A DNA stretch of 56,024 nucleotides from Gallionellales bacterium GWA2_55_18 (lineage in GTDB: Bacteria > Pseudomonadota > Gammaproteobacteria > Burkholderiales > Gallionellaceae): NCBI GenBank assembly GCA_001801055.1, contig MGWP01000012.1, positions 1 to 56,024 on the forward strand. The letters are read 5' to 3'. Below are positions 51,932 through 56,024 of this stretch, piece after piece (the first letter of the stretch is position 1; each line of letters begins with the position of its first letter). Made by a program: the position numbers and the translations under genes. The notes under the pieces were generated by a model that saw nothing but the letters and a program-made list of their open reading frames with translations, ran no database searches and was not told the DNA's origin.

Positions 51932-53266
51932 TCATTTCAATCCATTTGCATTTTTAAAGACATTAAGCATCGCCTCAGATACAAAATCAGTTAAAAGTCT
52001 TGTTGATTTTGTCTGCATACTTTTGCCAACATCATTTTGTATTGAAGAAAATTTACCGACATATTTTGATGATTTTTTGTCGTTAGTGATGGACTGCAAC
52101 TCGTTAGAATCAAAAAATTCTGCATAGGAGCGAGCAAGGTTTGCATCCCATTGTTCTTGGTATTTCGGTTGCAATCGTTTCAACTCGTCTTTAGTAAGAG
52201 ATTGCGCAGTTGAGTCGCCGACTTTTTTAACAACCATGAGATAAGTTTGGCTTGCTGATGCAACGCGATAACTCATGGTTTCCAAATTGTTTCCAAGATG
52301 TAACGTCTTAACCATCGAAAGTGCAACATGATAAGTTTTAGTATCTAGGGTCGTGATTGGTTCTGCCAGAGCAGCGTTGTGTGTTGCGTCAGGATTGAGC
52401 GATTTGCTTGAAGGCGGAATTTGAATATCTAAAAGCATATCGTCCACCATGCGAAGTATTTTCTGGTGGATCAGTTTCCAACTAGCGAGGTTTTTCTTGT
52501 AAAACCAGTAGTTGACTCCTAGGCCCTGAACACCGCCAAACAGACTTTGTCGCTCTTTGTTCCATAGTGTATGAGGAAGAATAAATGTTACTTCGCACAA
52601 GACTGCATCTTCAACCTTTTCCCACCAGTTGCTATAACAACCAATCACAAGCGGGTTTCCGTTGGACGTAAGAATACGGTCAGAATCCGCGATATAAAAA
52701 GAGGGGAATACTGGCTCTTTGCGTTTCGGATCGCGATACTCTTTTAAGCCAAGCGAAGGATGATTTGCTGTTTCGACTAATTTTCCGTCCTTAATTTCAT
52801 TCTGTAAATTAACGTGCGCTGTTTCATGTGAAAGTGATCCAACACGAACCTTTATGAGATCAAGCGATGCTCCTTCGGCAAATAGCGCTTTGTTTTTCAA
52901 TGTGCGTGGAGAAAACTCTGGCCATAGCGCTTCAAGAAAGACTAAATCCCAATATTGGTGTGCTATGCGTGCACAGTTTCGATGAATCGACTGCAGATAG
53001 TTGCGAGGAACAACAACCTTTGTATTTATTGGTCTGAGATCAAAACGAGCAAGGTTAGAAGAATATCGATCTTCTATCACTTGGCCGGGTCGTTGCGTCT
53101 TAATAAGAAAAGGTTTCTTTGCGAATTTTTCCTTTGGCACAAAGTAGTAGTCCGGCGGCTGATCGCTATTACATGATTCACCTTCCGACAAACCGGACTG
53201 GCTGGCGTACGCTGTACTGACCACAAAAAAAGTAGCTAGCAATGCAATTGAGAAGACTCTTAGCAT
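51932..53266 (-). CDS. AT-rich exported hypothetical cassette protein, probably a two-cassette fusion
   Basis: Signal peptide ending AYA; bounded by core site GTTGGGC (53279-53273) and complementary GCCCAAC. Confidence 0.75.
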   Translation of the reverse strand: MLRVFSIALLATFFVVSTAYASQSGLSEGESCNSDQPPDYYFVPKEKFAKKPFLIKTQRPGQVIEDRYSSNLARFDLRPINTKVVVPRNYLQSIHRNCARIAHQYWDLVFLEALWPEFSPRTLKNKALFAEGASLDLIKVRVGSLSHETAHVNLQNEIKDGKLVETANHPSLGLKEYRDPKRKEPVFPSFYIADSDRILTSNGNPLVIGCYSNWWEKVEDAVLCEVTFILPHTLWNKERQSLFGGVQGLGVNYWFYKKNLASWKLIHQKILRMVDDMLLDIQIPPSSKSLNPDATHNAALAEPITTLDTKTYHVALSMVKTLHLGNNLETMSYRVASASQTYLMVVKKVGDSTAQSLTKDELKRLQPKYQEQWDANLARSYAEFFDSNELQSITNDKKSSKYVGKFSSIQNDVGKSMQTKSTRLLTDFVSEAMLNVFKNANGLK

Positions 53267-53279
53267 GATGATGCCCAAC

Positions 53280-53547
53280 GAGGCTGTAGAAAAAGTATCT
53301 TTATAACCGCATCGTGCCGGGAACCAAAATAAATATCAAGGTCGAATTGCGGAGTGATATTTTGGAGAAGCAAATGGCGCGTTACAAACACATCGATACC
53401 AGTCCGCGATTTCTTGCCGTCGACCTGCAACGGCAGTTGCTACCCGGCACTTTCGAGCACGCGATAAACCACCTGATCGACCGTGAACTTGATCTTTCCG
53501 GTTTCGATGCCCGCTTCAAAAACGACGCAACGGGCGCATCAGCTTAG
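53280..53547 (+). mobile_element. IS1182-family left end and truncated transposase
   Basis: GAGGCTGTAGAAAAAG end abutting the core site; MARYKHIDTSPRFLAVDLQRQLLPGTFEHA starts at 53374 and breaks off at GASA. Confidence 0.7.
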
Positions 53548-53643
53548 CCACGATTTGCCGGAGTTGTGTGAAAAAGGGTTGGTGTAAAGTCTTGCATTAA
53601 CACATTCAAGCACACCCCATTATCGCGGTTTAAAATAAATGCC

Positions 53644-53943
53644 TCACCCCTCCCGCGCCGCCAGCCACTGCTGAAACGAATGCGGGCTTTCACCAGAGCG
53701 CTTGCCAAGCAGAAGCCCCTCGATACTGATGTCTTCGTCAATGTCGTCCCAATGAATGCCAGCACCTTGTCCAATCAGTCGCCAGCACTTGCGTTCTTCC
53801 GGCTTGGCGTGGGCGAGACGCGGATACCAGCCGAGCGGCGCAGAGAGCGTGCGGCCATCTTCCAAATCCACGGTCAGAGCCTCGTCGGATACCGAAACAT
53901 GCTGTGCGTTCGGGATTGAGATTTCAGTTTGCGAAATAATCAT
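53644..53943 (-). CDS. DUF2442-type putative antitoxin
   Basis: VDLEDGRTLSAPLGWYPRL, GIHWDDIDEDISIEGLL. Confidence 0.85.
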   Translation of the reverse strand: MIISQTEISIPNAQHVSVSDEALTVDLEDGRTLSAPLGWYPRLAHAKPEERKCWRLIGQGAGIHWDDIDEDISIEGLLLGKRSGESPHSFQQWLAAREG

Positions 53944-53951
53944 TCCATGCC

Positions 53952-54273
53952 TTCATGGCACTACCTTAAGCACAATGATGGCAAACCCCCTCCCCCTTCA
54001 AGGGGAGGGTTGGGGTGGCGGCCATGACACGGCGTTGCGAAGCATCTGGAGCGGGAATGGCCGCCTCACACCCGCTCCCGCAAACGGCTGGCTGCGCCAG
54101 TAACGTGTCGCGGGATGTGGGGATGGGGTTGAATGTGGCGAAATAACCCATCCCCATCCTAGCCTTCCCCTTGAAGGGGAAGGGACGATAGCTCCCCACG
54201 ATTTTTTTGGGGAAAGGAAATATGTTGATTTGTGCAGCATCTGGTGCTTTTACGCTTAAGGTAGTGCCATGAA
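53952..54273. mobile_element. 322-bp composite MITE
   Basis: Perfect 19-bp TIR TTCATGGCACTACCTTAAG; 9-bp direct repeat TTCCATGCC at 53943-53951 and 54274-54282. Confidence 0.88.
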
Positions 54274-54481
54274 TTCCATGCCTCCATTATTGTTTCGCGG
54301 TGCTCCACTATGAGGTTTTCGACCTTGACGAGTTCGGCGCGACTGAACCCGATGCTGTGCTGCAGCTTTACCGGAACCAGCCAGAACTTGGCAAATGCAG
54401 CATCGCACTCGATATGGATGTGCATGGGTTCGTCACGGTCACCGGAGTAAAAAAAGAGCCGATCCGCATCACCGTTGGCAT
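54274..54481 (-). pseudogene. DUF4160-type toxin, frameshifted and interrupted
   Basis: MPTVMRIG / LFFYSGDRDEPMHIHI..AKFWL..EAWN; its tail DYFAN* lies on the other side of the MITE. Confidence 0.78.
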
Positions 54482-54632
54482 CGTAAGTGCTCCGTAGTAA
54501 AGCAAGCGACTCTTGTAGGTCTATTCTCAAAGCGCCACAGTGAGCAAGTACTGTACTCAGGGCTGATCGAGGCATCTCCGCAGGGCGAGCAAGCGGTGGC
54601 GGCTCTTGGTTGTTTATTGACGAAGCAAGTGG

Positions 54633-56018
54633 CTAGGCGCGGCGACGCTTCCACCACATCAGCCCGCCGACCACTGACAATAGCAGCGGCAAGCCGACCA
54701 GAAAGCCGACGCCGATGACGGTGAGCTGCGTTTTGCCGAGCACCAGATTGTTGTCCTTGGCGGCGCGCGGTTGCAGGGTGATGAGACGTTCCTCGCTGGC
54801 CAGCCAGTTCACCATGTTTACGCCCAGATCCACATTGCCGCCGTTGCCGGCGAAACTGTTGGCGAGGAACGCGCCGCTGCCGACCACCACGATGCGCTGT
54901 TCGCGGTCATTGACATTGCGTTGCAGCGCCAGCGCGATGACGGCGGGGCCGGGGGTGTCGTGCTGTTTGTCGAAGCGCGGCGGCTTGTCACCTGCCGCGT
55001 TGCGGCTCACCCAGCCGCGCGCCGCAACTTCCACCAGCACCTGGTGCTGCCATTCCGGGTTTTCATTCCACATCAGCGGGCGCGCGGAAGGAAAGGCGGT
55101 GATCAGGTTGAAATTGCGCGTGATGGGATGCTGCGGCGGATAACCGGCACCGAGCGACCAAGTGGCCGGCGCGTTCATCCCGGTGGAGGCCGGATCGATC
55201 ACGATGCCGGGCGGCAGCAACAGGTCGAGTTTTTCGGCGAGACGCTCCAGCCCGCGCAATGGCTCTGCATCCACCAGCCACAGCAGGTTGCCGCCGAGAT
55301 CGACATAGCGCAGCAGCTTATCCATTTCGCCCGGCATGAGATCGACCTGAGGCTGGGTGACGATCAGCACGCTGGCATTGCGCGGCACTTCCTGCGCTAG
55401 CGCCAGATTCAGGCTGTTGATGCGGAAGCCGTTCTGTTTGAGTTTCGCACCGAACAGCGCACCGAGGTCATGGTTGGCGATGCCGTCCAGCTTGCGCTCG
55501 CCGTGCCCGTCCAGATACATCACTAGCTGGTCGCGGCTGTGCGCCAGGCGCAGCAGGGTGCCGGTGAGCACTTGCTCGTTGAGCTGGGTGAGATGCTCGC
55601 TACGCCCGGCGTATTCGACCACCAGTTCGCCGTTGAGCTGGACGCGCGCCGCACGGGTTTTTTCCGGCTCTTTCTCCGGGTCGATGAATTCCAGTTTGAT
55701 GTCGGGTTTGTAGCGCTGGTAGAGCGACATGAAGTTGCGGATGATCTTGCGGATGTCGCCGAGGCGCGCGTCCTGCTCGGTGGCATACACGGTGATGTTG
55801 ACCGGGCCAGCCAGTTGCTTGAGCACCTCCACGCTGCCCGGCTCCAGACTGTTGCTGGCATTGAACGTGATGTCGCGCTGCGCGTGATAGCGCGTGGCGA
55901 AATAGCCCAGCCCCAGCACAACGCCCAACAGCAGCAACACGAACAGCAGGTTGCGCAACATCGGGGAAGTAAAAAATTTACGCAGCATGATAAATTCTAT
56001 AAAAGTTGGCGGATTCAA
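54633..56018 (-). CDS. GldG-like ABC-type uncharacterised transport auxiliary protein (start probably 55988 or later)
   Basis: N- and C-terminal TM segments, EFIDP, YLDGHGE, GGNLLWLVD, NMVNWL. Confidence 0.85.
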   Translation of the reverse strand: MNPPTFIEFIMLRKFFTSPMLRNLLFVLLLLGVVLGLGYFATRYHAQRDITFNASNSLEPGSVEVLKQLAGPVNITVYATEQDARLGDIRKIIRNFMSLYQRYKPDIKLEFIDPEKEPEKTRAARVQLNGELVVEYAGRSEHLTQLNEQVLTGTLLRLAHSRDQLVMYLDGHGERKLDGIANHDLGALFGAKLKQNGFRINSLNLALAQEVPRNASVLIVTQPQVDLMPGEMDKLLRYVDLGGNLLWLVDAEPLRGLERLAEKLDLLLPPGIVIDPASTGMNAPATWSLGAGYPPQHPITRNFNLITAFPSARPLMWNENPEWQHQVLVEVAARGWVSRNAAGDKPPRFDKQHDTPGPAVIALALQRNVNDREQRIVVVGSGAFLANSFAGNGGNVDLGVNMVNWLASEERLITLQPRAAKDNNLVLGKTQLTVIGVGFLVGLPLLLSVVGGLMWWKRRRA

Positions 56019-56024
56019 TAACCA

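Noticed and set aside
53570-53610. GGGTTGGTGTAAAGTCTTGCATTAACACATT as another REP-type unit
   Set aside because: It is a single copy in the window with no partner or associated transposase, so it cannot be supported

Overview
GC-rich betaproteobacterial chromosome segment; gene order and protein style suggest Gallionellaceae (Gallionella/Sideroxydans-like), which is an inference. Left to right it holds a type II secretion/type IV pilus-like operon, cysS and glnS, a TPR protein, an L,D-transpeptidase, ppiB and lpxH, a GAF-PAS hybrid kinase, the glyA-ribD-ribE-ribB-ribH-nusB-thiL-pgpA block, an exported beta-carbonic anhydrase, rfbBDA, a PilZ/YcgR protein, a TpsB-TpsA-FecR module with a divergent SARP/STAND regulator, and hemCDXY. 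From about 46.2 to 53.3 kb there is a minus-strand integron cassette array with no integrase in the window. Four of its five att junctions carry a mobile element. One of these is an IS91-type HUH transposase plus a frameshifted tyrosine recombinase that carries its own attC in the opposite polarity. The second striking signal is a set of short palindromic repeats and MITEs. Several are inserted in frame inside housekeeping genes (cysS, thiL twice, ribD, rfbB) and in tpsA, and several host a second, structured 60-100 bp element nested inside them. All calls come from motif reading by eye; no database searches were run.
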